From an uncultured Gammaproteobacteria bacterium (GTDB lineage: Bacteria; Pseudomonadota; Gammaproteobacteria; Steroidobacterales; Steroidobacteraceae): a stretch of 64,000 bases of DNA. Shown here in pieces: positions 37,712 to 47,204 of the stretch. The notes beneath the pieces were generated by a model that saw only the letters and a program-made list of their open reading frames with translations, was not told the origin of the DNA and did no database searches. The position numbers and the translations under genes were made by a program. The stretch lies in the NCBI GenBank assembly GCA_963762315.1, contig CAVXKO010000004.1:1305707-1369706 (forward strand), in the 5' to 3' direction. Each line of letters begins with the position of its first letter. Position 1 is the first letter of the stretch.

Positions 37712-39721
37712 TTGAGTCCGCAGGATCCGCTCGTCGTCTTCACGCCCTCCGGCAAGCGCGGACGCTTTGCCGTGGGCACGCCGCTGCTCACCGCCGCGCG
37801 CCTGCTCGGCGTCGACATCGATTCGGTGTGCGGCGGGCGTGCGATCTGCGGCCGCTGCCAGGTGCTGGTGGCGGAAGGCGAATTCGCCAAGCACGGCGTT
37901 CGCTCGAGCGCCGCGAGCCTGACGGAAGTCTCGGCGACGGAAAAGCGCTACGGCGAACGCAAGGGCCTCGCAGCAGGCTGCCGCTTGTCCTGCCAGGCGA
38001 AGGTCCAGGGCGACGTCGTGGTGGACGTGCCGCAGAACAGCCAGGTGCACCGCCAGGTCGTGCGCAAGGAAGCCGAGGCGCGCGACATCGAGCTGTATCC
38101 GCTCGTGAAGCTCCACTACGTCGAAGTCGCGGAGCCCGACATGCACGATCCTTCGGGGGACCTGCAGCGGCTCGAGCTGGCGCTGGCGCGCGAGTGGCAG
38201 CTGAAGAACCTCGAGTGCGACCTCACCACGTTGCAGCAGCTGCAGCCGATCCTGCGCGCCGGCGACTGGAAGGTCACCGTCGCCGTGCACGACGAGTCGC
38301 GCATCATCGCGGTGTGGCCGGGCTTCCACGAAACGGCGTTCGGCATGGCCGTGGACGTCGGCTCGACCACGATCGCGGCGCACCTGTGCGATCTCGTCAC
38401 CGGCGAAGTGGTGACCTCCGCGGGCCGCATGAACCCGCAGATCCGCTTCGGCGAAGACCTCATGAGCCGCGTGTCGTACTCGATGATGAACCCGGGCGGC
38501 GCGGCGCAGATGACTGCGGCCGTGCGCGAGGCGCTCAGCCAGTTGGCTGGCGAGGTGGCTGCGGCCGCCGGCGTCGAACGTGAATCGATCGTCGAGGCGA
38601 CGATCGTCGGTAACCCGATCATGCACCACCTCGTGCTCGGCATCGATCCGGTCGAGCTCGGCGGCGCGCCCTTTGCGCTGGCAATCGATCGTGCGGTGAC
38701 GGTGACGGCCGCCGAGATCGGCGTCGCCCTGCATCCGAATGCGCGGGTCTACGCCCTGCCCTGCATCGCCGGGCACGTGGGCGCGGACACGGCGGGGGTG
38801 ATCCTGGCCGAGCGGCCCGACCTCACCGACGAGATGACCCTGCTCGTGGACGTCGGCACCAACGCCGAAATCGTCCTTGGCAACCGGCAGAAGCTGGTGG
38901 CCTGCTCGAGCCCGACGGGGCCTGCGTTCGAAGGCGCGCAGATCAGCTGCGGCCAGCGCGCGGCGCCCGGCGCCATCGAGCGCGTACGGATCGATCGCGA
39001 GACGCTGGAGCCGCGCTTCAAGGTCATCGGGTCGGACCTGTGGTCCGACGATCCTGAATTTGCCGTCGCGACGGCGGGAACCGGCGTCACGGGCGTGTGC
39101 GGCTCCGGCATCATCGAAGTGATCGCCGAAATGTACCTCGCTGGCATCCTGACGCAGGACGGCGTGATCGACGGATCCCTGGCCGCCAAGTCACCCCGCG
39201 TCGTCGCGAACGGCCGCACGTTCTCCTACGTGCTGCACCATGGCGCGCAGATGCTCAGCATTACCCAGAACGACGTGCGCGCCATCCAGCTCGCCAAGGC
39301 GGCCCTGATGGCCGGCATCCGGCTGTTGATGGAACGCCTCGGCGTCGAGAAGGTGGATCGCATCCGCCTGGCGGGCGCGTTCGGAGCCCACATCGACGTC
39401 ATGTACGCCACGGTGCTCGGCATGATCCCGGACTGCGACCTGACGAAGGTCACGTCGGCGGGCAACGCCGCGGGGACAGGCGCACGTATCGCCCTGCTCG
39501 ATTCGCGCTCTCGCGAAACCATCGAGAACCTCGTGCGGCGCGTGGAGAAGATCGAGACTGCCATCGAGCCGCGCTTCCAGGAGCACTTCGTCGAGGCGAT
39601 GTCGATTCCGCACAAGACAGCGGACTACCCGAACCTGCGCAAGGTCGTGGAACTGCCGGCGCCGAAGGTGCTGGCTCAGTCGTCGCCTGACGGACGGGAA
39701 CGCCGCAACCGCCGGAAATAG
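37712..39721 (+). CDS. Corrinoid reductive-activation protein (RACo/RamA-like): N-terminal plant-type [2Fe-2S] ferredoxin plus ASKHA ATPase domain
   Basis: CGGRAICGRCQV ... CRLSCQ cysteine pattern. ASKHA-like segments GMAVDVGSTTIAAHL and LLVDVGTNAEIVLG. TTG 37712 lies 8 nt after GAGG. The track ORF start at 37580 overlaps the previous gene by 116 nt and is less likely. Confidence 0.8.
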   Translation: MSPQDPLVVFTPSGKRGRFAVGTPLLTAARLLGVDIDSVCGGRAICGRCQVLVAEGEFAKHGVRSSAASLTEVSATEKRYGERKGLAAGCRLSCQAKVQGDVVVDVPQNSQVHRQVVRKEAEARDIELYPLVKLHYVEVAEPDMHDPSGDLQRLELALAREWQLKNLECDLTTLQQLQPILRAGDWKVTVAVHDESRIIAVWPGFHETAFGMAVDVGSTTIAAHLCDLVTGEVVTSAGRMNPQIRFGEDLMSRVSYSMMNPGGAAQMTAAVREALSQLAGEVAAAAGVERESIVEATIVGNPIMHHLVLGIDPVELGGAPFALAIDRAVTVTAAEIGVALHPNARVYALPCIAGHVGADTAGVILAERPDLTDEMTLLVDVGTNAEIVLGNRQKLVACSSPTGPAFEGAQISCGQRAAPGAIERVRIDRETLEPRFKVIGSDLWSDDPEFAVATAGTGVTGVCGSGIIEVIAEMYLAGILTQDGVIDGSLAAKSPRVVANGRTFSYVLHHGAQMLSITQNDVRAIQLAKAALMAGIRLLMERLGVEKVDRIRLAGAFGAHIDVMYATVLGMIPDCDLTKVTSAGNAAGTGARIALLDSRSRETIENLVRRVEKIETAIEPRFQEHFVEAMSIPHKTADYPNLRKVVELPAPKVLAQSSPDGRERRNRRK

Positions 39722-39724
39722 GGA

Positions 39725-39840
39725 AAAATAGGGGACATTCTCGGTTTTCGAAAAAAGGGGGACATTCTCGGTTTTTGAAAGCAGGGAAGAAAACCGAGAA
39801 TGTCCCCCTTTTTTCGAAAACCGAGAATGTCCCCTATTTT
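39725..39840. repeat. Composite palindrome, copy 2 of 2 (same GGGGACATTCTCGGTTTT cores); fills the gap between two convergent stop codons
   Basis: Arms 39725..39776 and about 39790..39840 are reverse complements (one unpaired base next to the loop). It is flanked by TAG 39719-39721 (+ gene) and TGA 39840-39842 (minus gene). Confidence 0.9.
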
Positions 39841-41423
39841 CAGATGTTGGAGTCGGGAGCCGCGGCCTTGCGGCGGTCGATGAAGTCGACGAGCGCGTCG
39901 TCGATCGCCGGATCGAGCGGGGGCGCGACGTATTCCTCGAGCTGCTTCTTCCAGTACGCATTGGCGCGGTGCGCCATGTCGAGCGAGCCCTCGGCCTGCC
40001 ACTGCTCGAAGCTGTTGTTGTCCGCGAGCGGCGAGCGGTAGAACGCGCCCTCGAAATTGGCCTGCGTGTGCGCGCAACCGAGGAAGTGGTTGCCGTGGCC
40101 GACCTCGGCGATCGCGTCCATGGCCTGGCCGTTCTCCGACAGGTCCACGCCCGCCAGCAGCGTGTGCATCATCCCGGCCTGGTCCGCGTCCATCACGAAC
40201 TTCTCGTAACCCATCGCGAGGCCGCCCTCGAGCCAGCCCGCGGTGTGCAGCACGAAGTTCACGCCGGCGAGGCAGGTCGGGAGCAGCGTCTGAGCCGACT
40301 CGAAAGCCGCCTGCGCGTCCGGAATCTTGGCGGCACATAGACTGCCGCCCGAGCGGAACGGCACGCCGAGACGGCGCGCCAGCGCGGCCATGATGTAGAG
40401 CACCAGCGCGGGCTCGGGCGTGCCGAACGTCGGCGCGCCGGACTGCATCGACATCGACGAGGCGAAGCTGCCAAGCACGACCGGGGCGCCGGGGCGCACG
40501 AGCTGCGCGAAGGCCATGCCGGCGAGGGCCTCGGCCAGCGTCTGCGCCGCCGTGCCGGCCACGGTCACCGGCGACATCGCACCCGAGAGGATGAACGGCG
40601 TGATGATCGTGGCCTGGTTGGCGCGCGCATAGACCTTCAGCGCGCCGAGCATCGTCGCGTCGTAGATCAGCGGCGAGTTCACGTTGATCAGGCTGATCAA
40701 CAGCGTCTTCGGAAGGCCGGTGGCCGGGTCGTCCGCTTCGGCACCGAAGGCAAGGCGCGCCATCTCGACGCTGTCCTCGGCGCGCTCGGGGGCCGTCACG
40801 GAGCCCATGAACGGCTTGTCGCTGTACTTGACGTGCGTGTACACCATGTCGAGGTGACGCTTGTTCACCGGCAGGTCCACCGGCTCGCAGATCGTGCCGC
40901 CCGAGTGGTGCAGCGAGTTCGCCATGTAGGCGAGCTTCACGAAGTTGCGGAAGTCGTCGAGGCGCGCGTACCGGCGGCCTTCGTCGATGTTGTAGATGAA
41001 CGGCGAACCGTACGCCGGCGCGAACACGGTGGCGTCCCCGCCGATCCGCACGCTGCGAGCGGGATTGCGCGCGTGCTGCACGAACTCGCGCGGGGCGTTC
41101 TTCTGCACCAGCTCGCGGCACATGCCGCGCGGAAACTTGACGATCTCGCCGTTGACGTCGGCGCCCGCCCTCTTCCAGATCGCGAGGGCCTCGGGATCGT
41201 CGCGGAAGATGATGCCGGTCTCCGCGAGGATCGTCTCGGCGTTGCGCTCGATGAGGGCCAGGCCCTCCTCGTTCAGCACCTCGAATCGCGGGATGGCACG
41301 GACGATGTACGGCACGGAGGCCGAGGCTCGCGCCGCCCGCGCGGCCCGCTTGGCGTCACGGCCGTGGCGCAGCGCGCGCTTCTCCGCCGGCTGCCCGCCC
41401 GCGTTGGATTCCGTATCTGACAT
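39840..41423 (-). CDS. MttB-superfamily methyltransferase, non-pyrrolysine type, intact (candidate quaternary-amine:corrinoid methyltransferase)
   Basis: 527 aa uninterrupted with no in-frame TAG. Collinear with copy 1. Family-typical segments NSPLIYDATMLGAL, ITPFILSGAMSPVT, HTAGWLEGGL and GHGNHFLGCAHT. Confidence 0.85.
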   Translation of the reverse strand: MSDTESNAGGQPAEKRALRHGRDAKRAARAARASASVPYIVRAIPRFEVLNEEGLALIERNAETILAETGIIFRDDPEALAIWKRAGADVNGEIVKFPRGMCRELVQKNAPREFVQHARNPARSVRIGGDATVFAPAYGSPFIYNIDEGRRYARLDDFRNFVKLAYMANSLHHSGGTICEPVDLPVNKRHLDMVYTHVKYSDKPFMGSVTAPERAEDSVEMARLAFGAEADDPATGLPKTLLISLINVNSPLIYDATMLGALKVYARANQATIITPFILSGAMSPVTVAGTAAQTLAEALAGMAFAQLVRPGAPVVLGSFASSMSMQSGAPTFGTPEPALVLYIMAALARRLGVPFRSGGSLCAAKIPDAQAAFESAQTLLPTCLAGVNFVLHTAGWLEGGLAMGYEKFVMDADQAGMMHTLLAGVDLSENGQAMDAIAEVGHGNHFLGCAHTQANFEGAFYRSPLADNNSFEQWQAEGSLDMAHRANAYWKKQLEEYVAPPLDPAIDDALVDFIDRRKAAAPDSNI

Positions 41424-41546
41424 GGCGACCGTCTCCCGGCTGCTAGGAGATCAGTATGGTCAGCCCGCCCCAGGGGGGCTGATCAATTTGCGACAAAGAC
41501 ATGCCTGTGCGCGCCATGGCCCGGCGCGCACGGGCCTGCCGTGCGA

Positions 41547-43901
41547 TCAGGGCACGCCGAAGCGGTACGTCCCGCTCAGGCCATACCAGCGGGGCTTGGC
41601 ATACACGCCGGCCACCACGCCCGCGAACAGCGAGCTGTCGAACGCGTACAACCGGTACTTCTCTTCGAAAAGGTTGCTCACGAACGCCGCGACGCCCCAG
41701 CGGCCACTGCCGCTCTCGTAGCTCAGGCGGGCATTCGCCACGGTGTACGAATCCTCCTCTTCCACCGGCGCGCACAGCACCGTGAAGCAGAAGCTGCTCG
41801 AGTACTGGACGTCGCCCTGGATGCCGAACGTGCCACCCGCGACGCCGAACTCGTACCGGGCCAGCGCATTGCCGGAGAATTCCGGGGTCTGCGGCAGCTC
41901 GTGGTCCTCGACCGTCACGCCGTCCGGCAGCGGCACGTCCTTGACCGTCGAATCGAGGAACGACGCAGCGACCTGCAGCGTCAGCCCCTCGATCGGCCGC
42001 GACATGAGTTCCGCCTCGAGGCCGGTGATGTTCGCGTCGAGGTTGATCACGGTCTGCACCGGCCCGAACTGCGCGAAAGCCTGGTAATCGGAGTAGTCGT
42101 AGTAGAACGCCGCCAGGTTCAGCGTGGTCGTGCCGCCGAGCGTCGACTTGACGCCGATCTCGTAGGCATCCAGCGTCTCCTCGTCGAACGGAATGCCGTC
42201 GAGGAAGACGCGCGGATTGTCGCCGCTGCCATCGGGGTCGAACGGCGTGCCCGTCGAGAACGTATAGCCGCCGCTCTTGCTGCCGCGGTTGAAGCTTCCA
42301 TAGAGCAGCAGATTGTCGGTCGGCTTCCAGTCGAGCTGCACACGCGCGGTGATTCCGTCGAAGCTGTGGGTGGCATCGCCCGGAGTCAGGTCGCTGCCGA
42401 GCGGAAAGACCTCGTTCTTGTTGAAGATGATCGTGACGGGCGCCGACAGCGGCGGCGCGCCCTCGGACGGTGGAGGCACTTCCGGCGCGGTGCCGAAATA
42501 GCTGCCTTCGCGCTCGTCGCTCCAGTAGCGCGCGCCGACGATCAGCTTCCAGGCGTCGGCAAAGGCCCATTCGTCCTGCGCGAATACCGCGTAGGAGGTC
42601 GTCTTCTGGGTCATCTCGACCGTCGGGTCGTAGCCGTAGAACGGATCGGCAAACTTGCCGGTGTAGTCGCCGTCGACCTTCATGCCGTACACGCCCGCCA
42701 CCCACGTGTGTGCGCCGGATTGGCCCGACAGCCGGAATTCCTGCGAGTACTGGTCGAGGTCGCTGCCCTGGTAGAACAGTACGCCGTCGACCGGCGAGGC
42801 ATCGCCGCCTTCGAGGTAGAACTTCTCGCCGTGCTGCCAGTCGGTGATCGAGATCAGGTGCAGTGCATCGCCGATGTCCCAGTCGAAGTGCAGCGTGGCG
42901 CCGGTGATCTCGCGGTCCACGTAGGAGCGCTGCGTCTCCGCAGTCTTCCAGGGGTCGCCGCCCCATTGCGGCGTAATGGCGTCGTTGCGATATCCCGTGC
43001 CGGCCTCACCGGGCCCGGTGCCCCAGAACGCACAGGACTGGTCCTGCCGCGTGAATTCGCCCTGGAACCGGTCGTTCGGGCAGGCCGGCGCCATCGAGTA
43101 CAGGCCCGCCTGCGTCTCCTTGTTCGCCTTCATGTAGCGGACGATCAGGTTCAGGTCCGTGGCGTCCGAAGGCTGCCACGACAGCTGGCCGCGGACCGAG
43201 TACTGGTCGTTGCCTCCGCGGTCGCCGACGCCCGGGATGACGGACTCCATGTATCCATCGTCCTGGTTGCTGATCGCGGCGATGCGTGCCTGCACCTTGT
43301 CGCCGAGCGGGCCCGAGACCGCACCCTCGAGGATCCACTGGTTGTAGCTGCCGACGGTCGCGGTCGCGTAACCCGTGAAATAGTCGGTCGGCTTGTTCGA
43401 CACGAACTGGATTGCGCCGCCCGTCGCATTGCGGCCGAACAGCGTGCCCTGCGGACCGCGCAGCACTTCCACGCGCGCCAGGTCGAAGATCGGGAAGCTC
43501 GCCATGTTGATCGAGCTCGAGTAGCTGTCGTCCTGGTAGACGGCGACGGGCGGCTCCTGCTGGTCGCCGTAGTCGTTCTGCGATACGCCGCGGATGTTGA
43601 ACACCACCTGCGAAGACGAATACGCATTCATCTTGAGGCTGGGCACCGCGCGCGCGATGTCCGTGGCCGTCGTGATGTTGAGGTCGGTCAGCATCTGGTT
43701 TCCGAGCACCGTGACCGCAATGCCGACGTCCTGCAGCTTTTCTTCACGGCGTTGCGCGGTCACCACGACTTCCTCGATTCCCGTCGTCGCGGAGGCTTCC
43801 TGTGCCAGGGCCGCATGCGGCGCACAGGCGAGCGCCACGGCCGAGCCCACGAGGGAACCTGAAATACGACTCACTACGGATGGACAGCGTCGGACGACCA
43901 T
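41547..43901 (-). CDS. TonB-dependent outer-membrane receptor
   Basis: ATG 43901 after GGGAG. Signal peptide ...ALACAPHAALAQE. Plug motif IEEVVVTAQRREEKLQDVGIAVTVL. 784 aa, ending in a YRF-type strand. Confidence 0.9.
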   Translation of the reverse strand: MVVRRCPSVVSRISGSLVGSAVALACAPHAALAQEASATTGIEEVVVTAQRREEKLQDVGIAVTVLGNQMLTDLNITTATDIARAVPSLKMNAYSSSQVVFNIRGVSQNDYGDQQEPPVAVYQDDSYSSSINMASFPIFDLARVEVLRGPQGTLFGRNATGGAIQFVSNKPTDYFTGYATATVGSYNQWILEGAVSGPLGDKVQARIAAISNQDDGYMESVIPGVGDRGGNDQYSVRGQLSWQPSDATDLNLIVRYMKANKETQAGLYSMAPACPNDRFQGEFTRQDQSCAFWGTGPGEAGTGYRNDAITPQWGGDPWKTAETQRSYVDREITGATLHFDWDIGDALHLISITDWQHGEKFYLEGGDASPVDGVLFYQGSDLDQYSQEFRLSGQSGAHTWVAGVYGMKVDGDYTGKFADPFYGYDPTVEMTQKTTSYAVFAQDEWAFADAWKLIVGARYWSDEREGSYFGTAPEVPPPSEGAPPLSAPVTIIFNKNEVFPLGSDLTPGDATHSFDGITARVQLDWKPTDNLLLYGSFNRGSKSGGYTFSTGTPFDPDGSGDNPRVFLDGIPFDEETLDAYEIGVKSTLGGTTTLNLAAFYYDYSDYQAFAQFGPVQTVINLDANITGLEAELMSRPIEGLTLQVAASFLDSTVKDVPLPDGVTVEDHELPQTPEFSGNALARYEFGVAGGTFGIQGDVQYSSSFCFTVLCAPVEEEDSYTVANARLSYESGSGRWGVAAFVSNLFEEKYRLYAFDSSLFAGVVAGVYAKPRWYGLSGTYRFGVP

Positions 43902-43923
43902 GACGGACTCCCAGGGTGACGGA

Positions 43924-45132
43924 TCAGGTGAAAGCGTGGGCGCGGGCGTCGCTCGTGGCGAGCGCGCGCAGGACTTCAGTCGGGCCGCAGACACCGCGCA
44001 CGCTGCCGGACTCCGCGAGCAGCACGGGTTGGCCGGCTCGGCACCATTGGATCAGTTGGCGCAACGGCGTTTCGATGTCGGCGACGAGCATCCCCGTGCC
44101 GTCCTCGCCCGCCGAGCGCAGCGAAATCGACTCGCCATCGCGCGTGGCCGCGAGCGGGCGGCCTTGGGCATCGATCGTGGCGGAAAACTGGCGCGCCGGA
44201 TCGAGCCAGCGCCGCTCGCCGTCGGTCTGCAGATCGGACAGCGGCTTCATGACCATGCGACCGTTCAGCACCGACAGCGGGTTCATGTGCTGCACGAACT
44301 CGCCGACATACGCGTTGGCCGGTCGCAGCACGATGTCCTCGGGCGTGCCGGTCTGCACGATGCGCCCGCCTTCGAGGACGGACGTCTGGTTGCCGAGCTT
44401 CAACGCCTCGTCGAGATCGTGCGTCACGAACAGGATGGTCTTGCGCACGCGCGCCTGCAGCGCCAGCAGCTCGTCCTGCAGCTTGGTCCTGATCAGTGGA
44501 TCGAGCGCCGAGAACGGTTCGTCCATCAGCAGGATCGGTGCGTCGGTCGCAAAGGCTCGCGCCAGGCCCACGCGTTGCTGCATGCCGCCCGACAGCTCGT
44601 GTCCGTACCGATCCGCCCAGCGCTCCAGGCCGACGAGCTCGAGTTTCTCGTCCACGATGCGTTTGCGAGCATCCTCGGAGTCGCCGCGCAGCTCGAGGCC
44701 GAGCCCCACGTTCTCGCGCACGGTGCGCCAGGGCAGCAGGCCGAACTGCTGGAAGATCATCGCGATCGAGCCGCGGCGCAGCCGGCGCAGGTCGGCCGCG
44801 CTGCAACTGGCGACGTCGACGTGCTTCTCCCCGTCGTACACGAGCACGTGTCCGCGCGTGACGCGATTGAGGCCGTTGGCCGCGCGCAGCAGCGTCGACT
44901 TGCCGGAGCCGGATAACCCCATGAGCACGGAGATCTGCCCGCGCTGCACGGTGAGGCTCGCCTGGCTGACGCCGACGACGACGCCTGTCGCCGACTCGAT
45001 CTCGGTCCGGTTCTTGCCGCCGTCGAGCTGGCCGAGCGCCGTCCTGATCGAGGCATCGCGCTTCCTTCCCGACAGGCTCTTGCTCGGGAACAGGATGTCG
45101 ACCTTGTCGAACTCGACCGCCGCGGCGCTCAT
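43924..45132 (-). CDS. proV: Glycine betaine/proline betaine-type ABC transporter ATP-binding protein with C-terminal CBS-like region
   Basis: Walker A GLSGSGKST, signature LSGGMQQRVGLARA, Walker B ILLMDEPFSALD. About 130 aa C-terminal extension as in ProV/OpuAA. Confidence 0.9.
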   Translation of the reverse strand: MSAAAVEFDKVDILFPSKSLSGRKRDASIRTALGQLDGGKNRTEIESATGVVVGVSQASLTVQRGQISVLMGLSGSGKSTLLRAANGLNRVTRGHVLVYDGEKHVDVASCSAADLRRLRRGSIAMIFQQFGLLPWRTVRENVGLGLELRGDSEDARKRIVDEKLELVGLERWADRYGHELSGGMQQRVGLARAFATDAPILLMDEPFSALDPLIRTKLQDELLALQARVRKTILFVTHDLDEALKLGNQTSVLEGGRIVQTGTPEDIVLRPANAYVGEFVQHMNPLSVLNGRMVMKPLSDLQTDGERRWLDPARQFSATIDAQGRPLAATRDGESISLRSAGEDGTGMLVADIETPLRQLIQWCRAGQPVLLAESGSVRGVCGPTEVLRALATSDARAHAFT

Positions 45133-46989
45133 TCATCCCCCTTGCGATCCGGTGGCCGGCTGATCCGATCGAGCATGATCGCGAGCAGCACGATCGCGAG
45201 GCCAGCCTCGAAACCCATACCGACCTGCACGGTGTTGAGCGCCCGCACGACCGGCACACCGAGGCCTCCCGCGCCGACCAGCGCTGCAATGACGACCATC
45301 GACAGGCTCAGCATGATGCACTGGGTGACGCCGGCGAGGATCATCGGCCCCGCACTCGGCAGTTCGACCTTGAACAGCAACTGCAACGGCGTGGCGCCGA
45401 ACGCCTGTCCTGCCTCGCGCAGCGTCTTCGGCACCGACGAGATGCCGAGTTGCGTGAGGCGAATCGGCGCCGGCAACGCGAAGATGATCGTCGAGATCAG
45501 GCCCGGCACGACGCCGAGCCCGAACAGGACCAGCGTCGGCGTCAGGTAGACGAACGTCGGCAGCGTCTGCATCAGGTCGAGCACCGGTCGCATTGCGGCG
45601 TAGACCCTCGGGCGCTTGGCGCCCCAGATGCCGAGCGGCACGCCGATCACCGTCGCGATGAATGCCGCAACCAGCACCAGCGTAAGCGTCTCGAGCGTCG
45701 CATCCCAGTAGCCCTGGTTCATGATGAAGAGCAGCGACAGGATGACGAACACGACGAGCCCGATGGACCTGCGCACGGCGTAGGCGATGGCGGCCAGGGC
45801 CAGGATCAGCATCGGCGCCGGCATCGCGTTCAGCACCCATGCCACGGCCCGTGTACAGCCCGTGAGCACGCTCGCGACGCCGTCGAAGAAGCCGCGCGCG
45901 TGCTTCTTCGTGTATTCGACGAACCGCGTGGCCGTGTCGCCAACCGGGATCTTGTGCGCGGCCACCCAGTCGTCGAACCGCGGTCTGTGCCGCTTCGCTT
46001 TGGCCGTGCCGCGCAGCACGTCGAGCGCGGGCAGGCCGTCGTACGACTGCACGCCCTGCAACCACGGTTCCATGCGTGCGGGGCGCTTCGACACCCACTC
46101 GCGGGCCAGGTCCGCGGCGGACACCTTGTCCGTGAGGATACGATCCATGAAGCCGTTCTCGAGGTCGACGTCGAACTCGAGGTTCTTGAACAGTCGGCCA
46201 AGGTTGGGGCACTGTTCGACGTAACCCTTGCGCACCAGCGTGTTGACGGTCGCGGCGCCAAAGTCGGGGCCGAATGAATCGTCGCCGCCCGTCAGGTACT
46301 TGAGCGGGAAGTGCGTGTTCATCGGGTGCGGCGCCCAGGCGAGGAACACGATCGGCGACTTGCCCCGCACGGCCCGCTCGACCTGCGCCAGCATGCCCTG
46401 CTCGCTCGACTCCACGACCTTGAATCCAGCCGAGGCCGAACTCGTTCTTCTTGATCAGGTCGAGGATCAGTTCATTGCCGTCGTTGCCGGGCTCGATGCC
46501 ATAAATCGATGCCCCCAGCTCTTTTCTGAATTTGTTGATGTCGGCGAAATCCTTGAGGCCCTTCTCCCACAGGTAATCGGGCACCGCGAGGGTGTACTTC
46601 GCGCCGACGAGGTTCGGGCGCAGCGACTGGATCGAGCCGTCGTCGAGGTACGGCTGCAGCATCGGGCCCTGCGTGGGCATCCAGTTCGCGAGGAACACGT
46701 CCATGTCCCCGTTCTTCATGGACTGGAAGGTGACTGGCACGGACAGCACCGTGATCGACGGCTGGTAGCCGAGTTCCGTGAGGATCTGGGCCGTCACGGC
46801 GGTGGTGGCGGATTCGGCCGTCCAGCCCACGTCGGAGAGGCGGACCTTGCGGCAGCTCGGCGGATCCGCAGTCTCGGCCGAGGCCTGGCCGATGCCGACG
46901 ACGAACGCGCACACGAGAGCCGCAGCCGCAGCGTACGACCGCAATCCTCGGAGCAGCGTGGCCATGGCCGGCCGCCGGCTCGCATCCAT
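45129..46989 (-). pseudogene. Fused substrate-binding (ProX-like, N-terminal, signal peptide) and permease (ProW-like) ABC component; one frameshift near 46431
   Basis: The SBP part (VRLSDVGWTAESATTAVTAQILTELGY...KKNEFGL) is in one frame. AGFKVVESSEQGMLAQVERAVRGKSPIVFLAWAPHPMN continues without a stop into the permease (KIPVGDTATRFVEY..., EAA-like region TLREAGQAFGATPLQLLFKVELP) in the next frame. Confidence 0.75.
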
Positions 46990-47204
46990 TTTCGAGACCC
47001 CCTGATCTCCGCGTGTTATGGCGCATAGGTAACAGGCCCGGACGGGCCGCGTCAAACGTCGCCGCGAGAGACGCCTCGTTTAGCGCTGGCCGGGCTCGGG
47101 TTGCGTCGTATAATCTGCGCCGCTGCGCCACGGATTCGCGCATCCCATACCCACATGAAAGGCCGGATCGGCAGCGGCGTGATCCCGGCCCTGGAGCAGC
47201 TGCG

